Shown here in pieces: positions 21,632-35,300 of a stretch of DNA of 64,000 nucleotides; the stretch's first letter is position 1; each line of letters begins with the position of its first letter. This stretch comes from Eledone cirrhosa (Eukaryota). The stretch spans positions 3,472,001 through 3,536,000 of the forward strand of contig OZ024740.1 in the NCBI GenBank assembly GCA_964016885.1. The letters run 5' to 3'. The notes beneath the pieces are model-generated. The model saw only the letters and a program-made list of their open reading frames with translations, did no database searches and was not told where the DNA came from. The position numbers were made by a program, and so were the translations under genes.

Positions 21632-24123
21632 ATCATCATCACCGTTTTACGTCCGTTCTTCCATGCTAGCATGGGTTAGACGGGTTGTCCTGTTGTTGGC
21701 AGTGTCTGGTCGGCTGACCATGCCTTGCTCATACAGGAACTGATTTTGGCTTGATTTCTACAGCTGGATGCCCTTCCTAACACCAACCTCATTTACAGTG
21801 AGTGCTGGGTGCTTTTTCCATGGCGCCTACACGTCCACTTTACAGTGTGGGCTGGGTGCTTTTTTGCCATGGTACCTCCACGACCACCTTGCGGTGGGGG
21901 GAGTAGGGGCATATTGTCTATATGCTTCAGCTTGTACCCATGTGAGGTCGGGTACTCTGTATTACTGCGTGACGCCAGAGGTCATGGTCGTGTGTCATCG
22001 CCTTTGAGAGGTGTAATTGGGTAAGGTCGGCTTTTATCACCTCATCCCAGGTCTTCTTGGGTCTCCCCACTCCGCGGTTTCCATTGACTTCTAGTGCTCT
22101 GGCAGTAGTTCCCTGAACTTCTTCCATCCCGTTCTTACCCTAGTTATTGTACTTTCTGAACAGCCACCTCCGCTGCTAATTTGGTCACCTAGGTAGCAGA
22201 AGCTGTCTACTGTTTCTACAGAGCCCTCCAGAGATTGGTGGTACTTGTTTCCTGTGGCTGTTTGCTGCTTGCTGTCCCAGCACAGCTGCTGCATGTGAAG
22301 CCTACATTCTTAATTAAGCTTCCTGAGATCCCGCTACATCTCTTGTGTACCCATTGTTTGCATTTGGGGCAGAGAATGGAGTTCCTACCTACACCTTTCC
22401 TACATACTGAGCAAGGCCATTTCCCTGAGGGGATCTGGGTTCTGTTTTCTCGTCTACTTACAAGGACCTTAGTCTTTGTCATGTTGACTCTGAGACCCTG
22501 TTATTCTATTCCCTGCTTCCAAGTTTGGAATTTATTCTCTAGTTCTACCATAGATTCAGCTATAAGTGCGAGGTCATCAGCATACAGGAGTTCCCATGGG
22601 CATCCAGTCTTAAACTCCTCCGTTATAGCCTGCAGGACTATGATGAACAGGAGAGGGCTAAGAACAGAGACCTGGTGGACACCAACCTGTACGCTAAATT
22701 CCTCGCTATACTCATTGCCAATCCTAACTTTGCTGACTGCTCCCCTATACATAGCTTTTACAGCTTTCACAAGCCATTCATCTACTCCTAGTTTTCTAAG
22801 AGCCCAGCAGATTACAGCACGTGGAACTCTGTCAAAGGCTTTCTCGAGATCGACGAATGCCAGGTAGAGTGACTTACTTTTAGCTAGGTACTTTTCCTGT
22901 AACTGCCTCACAAGGAAGAGGGCATCAGTTGTGTTTCTTCCTGGTACAAACCCAAATTGCATCTCATCTAGTTTCACCCGGTCCCTAATCAACTCTGCTA
23001 TAATTCTTTCTGTTACTTTCATGACCTGGTCCATCAGCTTTATACCTCTATAGTTTCCTCTATCTAGTGCATCACCTTTACCTTTGTAGCAATTGACAAT
23101 GATGCTACTGCACCAATCTTTTGGTATGACACCTTCTAGTATTACCTGGTTAACAATACGTGTGGTTATAGTGTGACCTACAGACCCAGCTGCCTTCAGC
23201 ATCTCAGCAGCTATACCCGATGGACCGGTTGCCTTTCCCATCTTCATATCTTTGATTGCCTTACTTACTATGCTGCTGCTGACTTGAACTGCTGGCCCCT
23301 CTATAAGGTCTACTTGGGGTAGGGTCTCTTCTTCCCATGCATTCTCCTCATTTAGTAATCTATCATAATGGCTCTTCCATGCATCTTTCCTCTCAGCACT
23401 TGTGAGGGCAAGTTCATCTTTATCATTCCGGATACACTTCTCTCCAATGACATCACAATTCTCTCTGACACACTGCCTCGCAATCTTGAACACCTCCTGT
23501 TTCTGGTGCTCATGTTGCAAAACATGCTTGAATTTTCTATCCTCTGCTTCCCTCCTAGCTAAGTATACTTGTCGCCTAGCTTCCCTCTTGGTCTCTATGT
23601 AATGTACCCTGCTCCCCCCATTCTTCCATTCTTTCCATGCCTGTTTCTTGGCCTTAACTGCCTCATTTACCTTATTGTTCCCTTAATGTTCCACCAACAA
23701 GTCACTCTCCTCCTGCTTGTGGTCTTACTCCAGCCACAGATCTCATCCGTCGCCTCTAGTAAGTTATTTTTTAGGAACTCCCAGTGCTCTTCTACATTGA
23801 ATGTCTTTATCTGTTCTTCTTTATTGTCGTAGGCGTAGAGTAAAATATCTTTAAATCTGTTACTGGCTGAGGGGTCTTTCAGCTTCCAGATCTTTCTTCT
23901 CCAGGTTGTTGGCGTCTGTTTCCAGGTTCGTCTAGTTCTGACCGTGAGGTCGCTGAAAACTAAGCTATGTTGGGATGTACATTCCTCACTAGGGAAGGCT
24001 TTTGTGTTTACGACCGTCCATCTGTCATGTCCTCTGATGAGGATAAAATCTATCTGACTAGAATGCTCCCCTGATCTATAGGTGATCAGGTGGTTGTCGG
24101 GTTTTTTGAAGTTTGTGTTACAT
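21632..24123 (-). mobile_element. 5'-truncated, decayed RTE-type LINE (end of APE endonuclease, RT, PHD finger, (GAT)n tail)
   Basis: APE C-terminal motifs ITYRSG..SQIDFILI and TSQH; RT motifs QFGFVPG, FVDLEKAFDRV, LYADD, FCYLG; stop at 22501, frameshifts and a deletion near 22100; paralogous to 6918-9231. Confidence 0.93.
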
Positions 24124-24129
24124 ATATAT

Positions 24130-24468
24130 ATCATCATCATCATCATCATCATCACCGTTTTACGTCCGTTCTTCCACGCTAGCATGGGTTAGACGGGTTG
24201 TCCTGTTGTGGGCAGTGTCTGGTCGGCTGACCATGCCTTGCTCATACAGGAACTGATTTGGCTTGATTTCTACAGCTGGATGCCCTTCCTAACACCAACC
24301 TCATTTACAGTGAGTGCTGGGTGCTTTTTCGTGGCGCCTACACGTCCACTTTACAGTGTGGGCTGGGTGCTTTTTTGCCGTGGCACCTCCACGACCACCT
24401 TGCGGTGGGGCGGTGGGGGGCATATTGTCTATATGCTTCAGCTTGTACCCATGGGAGGTCGGGTACTC
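24130..24468 (-). mobile_element. 3' stub of the same RTE-type LINE, in tandem upstream of the long copy
   Basis: Near-identical to 21632-21958; separated from the long copy by a short (TA)n. Confidence 0.9.
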
Positions 24469-24533
24469 ATATATATATATAATTAAAAGTAAGTAGGAGC
24501 GAGGTATGAGAGCATCACCAAGTTTATTCACGT

Positions 24534-24616
24534 GTGATGCATGTTTCGCTATTGATCAGCTCAAGGTTTGACCTGTTTTTATCTGGCTTGACTCTGTAAT
24601 CAAAAGCTTATCGGAC
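24534..24616 (-). ncRNA. degenerate hammerhead motif
   Basis: Minus strand: GT CCGATAA GCTTTTGAT...ATCAATAGC GAAA CATGCA TC AC. Stem II is visible; CATGCA can derive from CGCGCG by three CpG transitions; the core has two changes and stem I only 2 bp. Confidence 0.5.
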
Positions 24617-25217
24617 TTTTGACTTGTTAATGATGGGAGATATATGTGTGTATATTTATATATGTGTCTGTCACTGAAAGGGAGATGAGTGAGGAAAGAA
24701 GTGGGTGGTGACAAACTATAGAAAATAGCAGCCAGATGTTTTGAATCCTTTTCATATCTAAAGTACAACAATTAGCTGTCATAGTGTATATTAGAGTACA
24801 TTAACTAAGCCACTGGAGCCTTTTGTTGACTTGGGGCTAAACAAATCTATCTTTGACATTATCATTGTGTTACTAGAATCAATATACTTTGATATGGTAA
24901 CACCAGATGTTTCTATAATACCAAGATTCTATATAATGATAGCACTAATATCGTCTTTATAAACCCCTGCCCACCATCATCCCTCCATCGTATCAACAAA
25001 ATAATTTATCTTGACATTATCACAGCAAATATTAAAAAAATCAATAAAATCTACTCTGATATACTGATATGGTAATGCCAGAAGTTTAAAGATAATTTAT
25101 ATGATATCTATAATATTATATAATACTAACAGTACCAATGATATCATCCATGACACCAACTGAACTCTATAGATGTTGATTAAATAAAATATAAGTAGCA
25201 GTTGAGGGTGGTGTATT

Positions 25218-25497
25218 AGTCTGTCTCGAGCTTGGAGTTGTATCAAGCTGGTGTTCATCTTGGTTTCTGTGGCATTAAGTGACTGAGTGTACAAGACTAC
25301 CCCCAGGATAGGACACCAGTCCATTGCAGGGTTAAACCTTCCAGCTGTTGCTGGTACTCATTTTCAGCTAAGTATATTGGAGTAACATGAAGTGAAGTGT
25401 TTTGCTCATGAACACGCCACATACAATCCAGTCCAAGAATCGAACCCACAACATTATGATCATAAGTCCAACTCACCACTAGGCCACAGGCTGCCAC
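25218..25497 (-). mobile_element. tRNA-derived SINE (family 2), near full length
   Basis: Minus strand shows A box TGGCCTAGTGG, B box GGTTCGATTC, then GTGTTCATGAGCAAAACACTTCACTTCATGTTACTCCA..CTTAGCTGAAAATGAGTACC core. Confidence 0.75.
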
Positions 25498-26079
25498 TGT
25501 TGTATTAGTGGAATTGTTAAAATGTTAGATGAGATGCCTTGAGAAATTTGTTGTTCTTAGTATTCTGAGTAATCTGTTATCCAGTTTAACACCCTCACAT
25601 TGAGTCGACCCTGCGTCAAGTCCCTGATCTACAAATAACTTCCTTTCTTTCTGGCAGTTTTGGAGGCCCTTAAAAAATAAAGGTCCATAAGTGCTGCCCT
25701 TTCCTTCCTGACTAAGAGGTAAAATAAAACAGGATAGAGTCTTTCATAAGTAATATAATGAGTTGAAGTCCTTCTAATGATAACATTCTTCCTCATTTTC
25801 TCCGTTTCTCTTGCTGATTCTTTCTTTCTTAACCATTCCTCAGAAACAATCACAGATGAAGACAATTGTAGTAGGATATTACAATATTTTATAGAATTAT
25901 TAGTAGCAGCTGATATTTTAGCCAATTTGCTTTTGTTTACTAGCTTTTTACCAACCTCCTATTAAAATCTGAAGATAATCTTGAAATTCAAAAAAATACT
26001 TCTACAATCAGCATCCAAACACACTCCAAACACGGGATCTTGATTCTGTTGTATTTTATGATAGAATTCTAGTAAAAGA

Positions 26080-26265
26080 TACAAATAACAACTACAAAAA
26101 ATAAAAACAACAACAACAAAAAACAATGAAACAAAACAACAATAAAACACAACAAAACAACAATAAAACACAAACAACAAAACAACAATAAAACACAACA
26201 AAACAACAATAAAACACAACAACAAAACAACAATAAAACACAACAACAAACAACAAAACAAAGAC
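26080..26265. repeat. A/C-rich low-complexity tandem repeat (CAAAACAACAATAAAACACAA-like, 21-25 bp)
   Basis: About 4-6 imperfect copies directly visible. Confidence 0.85.
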
Positions 26266-26398
26266 AGAATAAAAGACTGAAAAACATAACAGTTAACCAG
26301 GCACGATTCTATAATAGTTCAAAGCTAAGAATTCTTAATGTTTATAATGTCAGATTGAGGCAAAATGTTGTAATTAGAACTTTCTGTGTATATTATAA

Positions 26399-29300
26399 AG
26401 TGGTGTTGTCTGACCAGTACTTGACTGGACACTGGTGGAATGGTGAGTGTAAGAGTGGTGTTGTCTGACCAATACTTGACTGGCGGACACTGGTAGAATG
26501 GTGAGTATAAGAGTGGTGTTGTCGGACCAATATTTGACTGGTGGACACTGGTAGAATGGTGAGTATAAGAGTGGTGTTGTCTGACCAATACTTGACAGGT
26601 GGACACTGGGAGAATGGTGAGTGTAAGAGTGGTGTTGTCTGACCAATACTTGACAGGACACTGGGAGAATGGTGAGTGTAAGAGTGGTGTTGTCTGACCA
26701 ATACTTGACAGGTGGACACTGGGAGAATGGTGAGTGTAAGAGTGGTGTTGTCTGACCAATACTTGACTGGTGGACACTGGTGGAATGGTGAGTGTAAGAG
26801 TGGTGTTGTCTGACCAATACTTGACTGGTGGACACTGCTAGAATGGTGAGTGTAAGAGTGGTGTTGTGTGACCAATACTTGACTGGACATTGGAGGAATG
26901 GTGAGTGTAAGAGTGGTGTTGTCTGACCAATACTTGACTGGTGGACACTGGTGGAATGGTGAGTGTAAGAGTGGAGTTGTCTGACCATTACTTGACTGGT
27001 GGACACTGGTGGATGGGTGAGTGTAAGAGTGGTGTTGTCTGACCAATACTTGACTGGTGGACACTGGTGGAATGGTGAGTGTAAGAGTGGTGTTATCTGA
27101 CCAGTACTTGACGGGACACTGATAGAATGGTGAGTGTAAGAGTGGTGTTGTCTGACCAGTACTTAACAGGACACTGGTGCAATGGTGAGTGTAAGTGTGG
27201 TGTTGTCTGACCAGTACTTAACTGGACACTGGTAGAATGGTGAGTGTAAGAGTGATGTTGTCTGACCAGTACTTGACTGGTGGACACTGGTGGAATGGTG
27301 AGTGTAAGAGTGGTGTCGGCTGACCAATACTTGACTGGTGGACACTGGTGGAATGGTGAGTATAAGAGTGGTGTTGTCTGAGCAATACTTGACTGGTGGA
27401 CACTGGTGGAATGGTGAGTGTAAGAGTGATTTTGTCTGACAAATACTTGACTGGTGGACATTGGTGGAATGGTGAGCGTAAGAGTGGTGTTGTCTGAGCA
27501 ATACTTGACTGGTTGACACTGGTAGAATGGTGAGTGTGAGAGTGGTGTTGTCTGGCCAATACTTGACTGGTGGACACTGGTGGAATGGTGAGTGTAAGAG
27601 TGGAGTTGTCTGACCATTACTTGACTGGTGGACACTGGTGGATTGGTGAGTGTAAGAGTGGTGTTGTCTGACCAGTACTTAACAGGACACTGGTGGAATG
27701 GTGAGTGTAAGAGTGGTGTTGTCTGACCAGTACTTGACTGGTGGACACTGGTGGAATGGTGAGTGTAAGAGTGGTGTTGTCTGACCAATACTAGACTGGT
27801 GGACACTGGTGGAATGGTGAGAGTAAGAGTGGAGTTGTCTGACCATTACTTGACTGGTGGACACTGGTGGATTGGTGAGTGTAAGAGTGGTGTTGTCTGA
27901 CCAATACTTTACTGGTGGACACTGGTGGAATGGTGAGTGTAAGAGTGGTGTTATCTGACCAGTACTTGACGGGACACTGATAGAATGGTGAGTGTAAGAG
28001 TGGTGTTGTCTGACCAGTACTTAACAGGACACTGGTGGAATGGTGAGTGTAAGAGTGGTGTTGTCTGACCAGTACTTAACTGGACACTGGTAGAATGGTG
28101 AGTGTAAGAGTGGTGTTGTCTGACCAGTACTTGACTGGTGGACACTGGTGGAATGGTGAATGTAAGAGTGGTGTTGTCTGACCAATACTTGACTGCTGGA
28201 CACTGGTAGAATGGTGAGTGTAAGAGTAGTGTCATCTGACTTATAATTGACTGGTGGACATTGGTGGAATGGTGAGTGTAAGAGTGGTGTTGTGTGACCA
28301 ATACTTGACTGGACATTGGAGGAATGGTGAGTGTAAGAGTGGTGTTGTCTGACCAATACTTGACTGGTGGACACTGGTGGAATGGTGAGTGTAAGAGTGG
28401 TCTTGTCTGACCAGTACTTGACTGGTGGACACTGGTGGAATGGTGAATGTAAGAGTGGTGTTGTCTGACCAATACTTGACTGGTGGACACTGGTGGAATG
28501 GTGAGAGTAAGAGTGGTGTCGTCTGACTTATACTTGACTGGTTGACACTGGTAGAATGGTGAGTGTGAGAGTGGTGTTGTCTGAGCAATACTTGACTGGT
28601 GGACACTGGTGGAATGGTGAGTGTAAGAGTGGTTTTGTCTGACAAATACTTGACTGGTGGACACTGGTGGAATGGTGAGCGTAAGAGTGGTGTTGTCTGA
28701 CCAATACTTGACTGGTTGACACTGGTAGAATGGTGAGTGTGAGAGTGGTGTTGTCTGGCCAATACTTGACTGGTGGACACTGGTGGAATGGTGAGTGTAA
28801 GAGTGGAGTTGTCTGACCATTACTTGACTGGTGGACACTGGTGGATTGGTGAGTGTAAGAGTGGTGTTGTCTGACCAATACTTGACTGGTGGACACTGGT
28901 GGAATGGTGAGTGTAAGAGTGGTAGTATCTGACCAGTACTTGACGGGACACTGATAGAATGGTGAGTGTAAGAGTGGTGTTGTCTGACCAGTACTTAACA
29001 GGACACTGGTGGAATGGTGAGTGTAAGAGTGGTGTTGTCTGACCAGTACTTAACTGGACACTGGTGGAATGGTGAGTGTAAGAGTGGTGTTGTCTGACCA
29101 GTACTTGACTGGTGGACACTGGTGGAATGGTGAGTGTAAGAGTGGTGTTGTCTGACCAGTACTTGACTGGTGGACACTGGTGGAATGGTGAGTGTAAGAG
29201 TGGTGTTGTCTGACCAGTACTTGACTGGTGGACACTGGTGGAATGGTGAGTGTAAGAGTGGTGTTGTCTGACCAGTACTTGACTGGTGGACACTGGCGGA

Positions 29301-32300
29301 ATGGTGAGTGTAAGAGTGGTGTTGTCTGACCAATACTAGACTGGTGGACACTGGTGGAATGGTGAGAGTAAGAGTGGAGTTGTCTGACCATTACTTGACT
29401 GGTGGACACTGGTGGATTGGTGAGTGTAAGAGTGGTGTTGTCTGACCAATACTTTACTGGTGGACACTGGTGGAATGGTGAGTGTAAGAGTGGTGTTATC
29501 TGACCAGTACTTGACGGGACACTGATAGAATGGTAAGTGTAAGAGTGGTGTTGTCTGACCAGTACTTAACAGGACACTGGTGGAATGGTGATTGTAAGAG
29601 TGGTGTTGTCTGACCAGTACTTAACTGGACACTGGTAGAATGGTGAGTGTAAGAGTGGTGTTGTCTGACCAGTACTTGACTGGTGGACACTGGTGGAATG
29701 GTGAGTGTAAGAGTGGTGTCATCTGACCTATACTTGACAGGTGGACACTGGGAGAATGGTGAGTGTAAGTGTGGTGTTGTCTGACAAATACTTGACGGGA
29801 CACTGGGAGAATGGTGAGTGTAAAAGTGGTGTTGTCTGACCAATACTTGACAGGAGGACACTGGGAGAATGGTGAGTGTAAGAGTGGTGTTGTCTGTCCA
29901 ATACTTGACTGGTGCACACTGGTGGAATGGTGAGTGTAAGAGTGGTCTTGTCTGACCAATACTTGACGGGACACTGGTGGAATGGTGAGTGTAAGTGTGG
30001 TGTTGTCTGTCCAATACTTGACTGGTGGACACTGGTGGAATGGTAAGTGTAAGAGTGGTGTTGTCTGATCAATATTTGACAGGTGGACACTGGTAGAATG
30101 GTGAGTATAAGAGTGGTGTTGTCTGACCAATACTTCACTGGTGGACACTGGTAGAATGGTGAGTATAAGAGTGGTGTTGTCTGACGAATACTTGACTGGA
30201 CACTGGTGGAATGATGAGTGTAAGAGTGGTGTTGTCTGACCAGTACTTGACTGGTGGACACTGGTAGAATGGTGAGTATAAGAGTGGTGTTGTCTGACCA
30301 ATACTTGACTGGACACAGGTGGAATGGTGAGTGTAAGAGTGGTGTTGTCTGACCAATACTTGACTGGTGGACACTGGTGGAATGGTGAGTGTAAGAGTGG
30401 TGTTGTCTGATCAATACTTGACTGGCGGACACTGCTAGAATGGTGAGTGTAAGAGTGGTGTTGTGTGACCAATACTTGACTGGACATTGGAGGAATGGTG
30501 AGTGTAAGAGTGGTGTTGTCTGACCAATACTTGACTGGTGGACACTGGTGGAATGGTGAGTGTAAGAGTGGTCTTGTCTGACCAGTACTTGACTGGTGGA
30601 CACTGGTGGAATGGTGAGAGTAAGAGTGGTGTCGTCTGACTTATACTTGACTGGTTGACACTGGTGGAATGGTGAGTATAAGAGTGGTGTTGTCTGAGCA
30701 ATACTTGACTGGTGGACACTGGTGGAATGGTGAGGGTAAGAGTGGTTTTGTCTGACAAATACTTGACTGGTGGACACTGGTGGAATGGTGAGCGTAAGAG
30801 TGGTGTTGTCTGACCAATACTTGACTGGTTGACACTGGTAGAATGGTGAGTGTGAGAGTGGTGTTGTCTGGCCAATACTTGACTGGTGGACACTGGTGGA
30901 ATGGTGAGTGTAAGAGTGGAGTTGTCTGACCATTACTTGACTGGTGGACACTGGTGGATTGGTGAGTGTAAGAGTGGTGTTGTCTGACCAATACTTGACT
31001 GGTGGACACTGGTGGAATGGTGAGTGTAAGAGTGGTGTTGTCTGACCAGTACTTGACTGGTGGACACTGGTGGAATGGTGAGTGTAAGAGTGGTAGTATC
31101 TGACCAGTACTTGACGGGACACTGATAGAATGGTGAGTGTAAGAGTGGTAGTATCTGACCAGTACTTGACGGGACACTGATAGAATGGTGAGTGTAAGAG
31201 TGGTGTTGTCTGACCAGTACTTAACAGGACACTGGTGGAATGGTGAGTGTAAGAGTGGTGTTGTCTGACCAGTACTTAACTGGACACTGGTAGAATGGTG
31301 AGTGTAAGAGTGGTGTTGTCTGACCAGTACTTGACTGGTGGACACTGGTGGAATGGTGAGTGTAAGAGTGGTGTTGTCTGACCAATACTAGACTGGTGGA
31401 CACTGGTGGAATGGTGAGAGTAAGAGTGGAGTTGTCTGACCATTACTTGACTGGTGGACACTGGTGGATTGGTGAGTGTAAGAGTGGTGTTGTCTGACCA
31501 ATACTTTACTGGTGGACACTGGTGGAATGGTGAGTGTAAGAGTGGTGTTATCTGACCAGTACTTGACTGGTGGACACTGGTGGATTGGTGAGTGTAAGAG
31601 TGGTGTTGTCTGACCAATACTTTACTGGTGGACACTGGTGGAATGGTGAGTGTAAGAGTGGTGTTGTCTGACCAGTACTTGACTGGTGGACACTGGTGGA
31701 ATGGTGAGTGTAAGAGTGGTGTTGTCTGACCAGTACTTGACTGGTGGACACTGGTGGATTGGTGAGTGTAAGAGTGGTGTTGTCTGACCAATACTTTACT
31801 GGTGGACACTGGTGGAATGGTGAGTGTAAGAGTGGTGTTATCTGACCAGTACTTGACGGGACACTGATAGAATGGTGAGTGTAAGAGTGGTGTTGTCTGA
31901 CCAGTACTTAACTGGACACTGGTAGAATGGTGAGTGTAAGAGTGGTGTTGTCTGACCAGTACTTGACTGGTGGACACTGGTGGAATGGTGAGTGTAAGAG
32001 TGGTCTTGTCTGACCAGTACTTGACTGGTGGACACTGGTGGAATGGTGAATGTAAGAGTGGTGTTGTCTGACCAATACTTTACTGGTGGACACTGGTGGA
32101 ATGGTGAGTGTAAGAGTGGTGTTATCTGACCAGTACTTGACGGGACACTGATAGAATGGTGAGTGTAAGAGTGGTGTTGTCTGACCAGTACTTGACTGGT
32201 GGACACTGGTAGAATGGTGAGTGTAAGAGTGGTGTCATCTGACTTATAATTGACTGGTGGACACTGGTGGATTGGTGAGTGTAAGAGTGGTGTTGTCTGA

Positions 32301-35300
32301 CCAATACTTTACTGGTGGACACTGGTGGAATCGTGAGTGTAAGAGTGGTGCTATCTGACCAGTACTTGACGGGACACTGATAGAATGGTGAGTGTAAGAG
32401 TGGTGTTGTCTGTCCAATACTTGACGGGACACTGGTGGAATGGTGAGTGTAAGAGTGGTGTTGTCTGACCAGTACTTAAATGGACACTAGTAGAATGGCG
32501 AGTGTAAGAGTGGTGTTGTCTGACCAGTACTTGACTGGTGGACACTGGTGGAATGGTGAGTGTAAGAGTGGTGTTGTCTGACCAATATGTGACTGGTGGA
32601 CACTGGTGGAATGGTGAGTATAAGAGTGGTGTTGTCTGACCAGTACTTGACTGGTGGACACTGGAGGAATGGTGAGTGTAAGAGTGGTTTTGTCTGACCA
32701 GTACTTGACTGGTTGACACTGGTAGAATGGTGAGTGTGAGAGTGGTGTTGTCTGACCAATACTTGACTGGTGGACACTGGTGGAATGGTGAGTGTAAGTG
32801 CGGTGTTGCCTGACCAATACTTGACTGGACACTGGTGGAATGGTGAGTGTAAGAGTGGTGTTGTCTGACCAATACTTGACTGGTGGACACTGGTAGAATG
32901 GTGAGTATAAGAGTGGTGTTGTCTGACCAATACTTGTCAGGACACTGGTAGAATGGTGAGTGTAAGAGTGGTGTTGTTTGATCAATATTTGACAGGTGGA
33001 CACTGGTAGAATGGTGAGTATAAGAGTGGTGTTGTCTGACCAATACTTGTCAGGACACTGGTGGAATGGTGAAGGTAAGAGTGGTGTTGTCTGACCAATA
33101 CTTGACAGGTCGACACTGGGAGAATGGTGAGTATATGAGTGGTGTTGTCTGACCAATACTTGACGGGACACTGGTGGAATGGTGAGTGTAAGAGTGGTGT
33201 TGTCTGACCAATACTTTACTGGTGGACACTGCTGGAATGGTGAGTGTAAGAGTGGTGTTATCTGACCAGTACTTGATGGGACACTGATAGAATGGTGAGT
33301 GTAAGAGTGGTGTTGTCTGACCAGTACTTAACAGGACACTGGTGGAATGGTGAGTGTAAGAGTGGTGTTGTCTGACCAGTACTTAACTGGACACTGGTAG
33401 AATGGTGAGTGTAAGAGTGGTGTTGTCTGACCAGTACTTGACTGGTGGACACTGGTGGAATGGTGAGTGTAAGAGTGGTCTTGTCTGACCAGTACCTGAC
33501 TGGTGGACACTGGTGGAATGGTGAATGTAAGAGTGGTGTTGTCTGACCAATACTTGACTGCTGGACACTGGTAGAATGGTGAGTGTAAGAGTGGTGTCAT
33601 CAGACTTATAATTGACTGGTGGACACTGGTGGAATGGTGAGTATAAGAGTGGTGTTGTCTGACCAATACTTGACTGGTGGACACTGGTGGAATGGTGAGT
33701 GTAAGAGTGGTGTCATCTGACCTATACTTGACAGGTGGACACTGGGAGAATGGTGAGTGTAAGAGTGGTGTTGTCTGACAAATACTTGACGGGACACTGG
33801 GAGAATGGTGAGTGTAAAAGTGGTGTTGTGTGACCAATACTTGACAGGTGGACACTGGGAGAATGGTGAGTGTAAGAGTGGTGTTGTCTGTCCAATACTT
33901 GACTGGTGCACTCTGGTGGAATGGTGAGTGTAAGAGTGGTGTTGTCTGACCAATACTTGACGGGACACTGGTGGAATGGTGAGTGTAAGTGTGGTGTTGT
34001 CTGTCCAATACTTGACTGGTGGACACTGGTGGAATGGTAAGTGTAAGAGTGGTGTTGTCTTATCAATATTTGACAGGTGGACACTGGTAGAATGGTGAGT
34101 ATAAGAGTGGTGTTGTCTGACCAATACTTCACTGGTGGACACTGGTAGAATGGTGAGTATAAGAGTGGTGTTGTCTGACGAATACTTGACTGGACACTGG
34201 TGGAATGATGAGTGTAAGAGTGGTGTTGTCTGACCAATACTTGACTGGTGTACACTGGTAGAATGGTGAGTATAAGAGTGGTGTTGTCTGACCAATACTT
34301 GACTGGACACAGGTGGAATTTTGAGTGTAAGAGTGGTGTTGTCTGACCAATACTTGACTGGTGGACACTGGTGGAATGGTGAGTGTAAGAGTGGTGTTGT
34401 CTGATCAATACTTGACTGGTGGACACTGCTAGAATGGTGAGTGTAAGAGTGGTGTTGTGTGACCAATACTTGACTGGGCATTGGAGGAATGGTGAGTGTA
34501 AGAGTGGTGTTGTCTGACCAATACTTGACTGGTGGACACTGGTGGATGTGTGAGTGTAAGAGTGGTGTTGTCTGACCAATACTTGACTGGTGGACACTGG
34601 TGGAATGGTGAGTGTAAGTGTGGTGTTATCTGACCAGTACTTGACGGGACACTAATAGAATGGTGAGTGTAAGGGTGGTGTTGTCTGACCATTACTTAAC
34701 AGGACACTGGTGGAATGGTGAGTGTAAGTGTGGTGTTGTCTGACCAGTACTTAACTGGACACTGGTAGAATGGTGAGTGTAAGAGTGGTGTTGTCTGACC
34801 AGTACTTGACTGGTGGACACTGGTGGAATGGTGAGTGTAAGAGTGGTGTTGTCTGACCAATACTTGACTGATGGACACTGGTGGAATGGTGAGTACAAGA
34901 GTGGTGTTGTCTGACCAGTACTTGTCTGCTGGACACTGGTGGAATGGTGAGTGTAAGAGTGGTTTTGTCTGACCAGTACTTGACTGGTGGACACTGGTGG
35001 AATGGTGAATGTAAGAGTGGTGTTGTTCGACCAATACTTGACTGGTGGACACTGGTGGAATGGTGAGTGTAAGAGTGGTGTCGTCTGACCTATACTTGAC
35101 TGGTTGACACTGGTGGAATGGTGAGTATAAGAGTGGTGCTGTCTGAGCAATACTTGACTGGTGGACACTGGTGGAATGGTGAGTGTAAGAGTGGTTTTGT
35201 TTGACAAATACTTGATGGGTGGACACTGGTGGAATGGTGAGTATAAGAGTGGTTTTGTCTGACCAATACTTGACTGGTTGACACTGGTAGAATGGTGAGT

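Noticed and set aside
25420-25497. tRNA gene
   Set aside because: A and B boxes are present but there is no intact cloverleaf; the sequence continues into a SINE body.
25629-26070. Minus-strand ORFs as a possible additional Epac exon
   Set aside because: No recognisable cyclic-nucleotide-binding or other Epac motifs, and no convincing splice-site pair.
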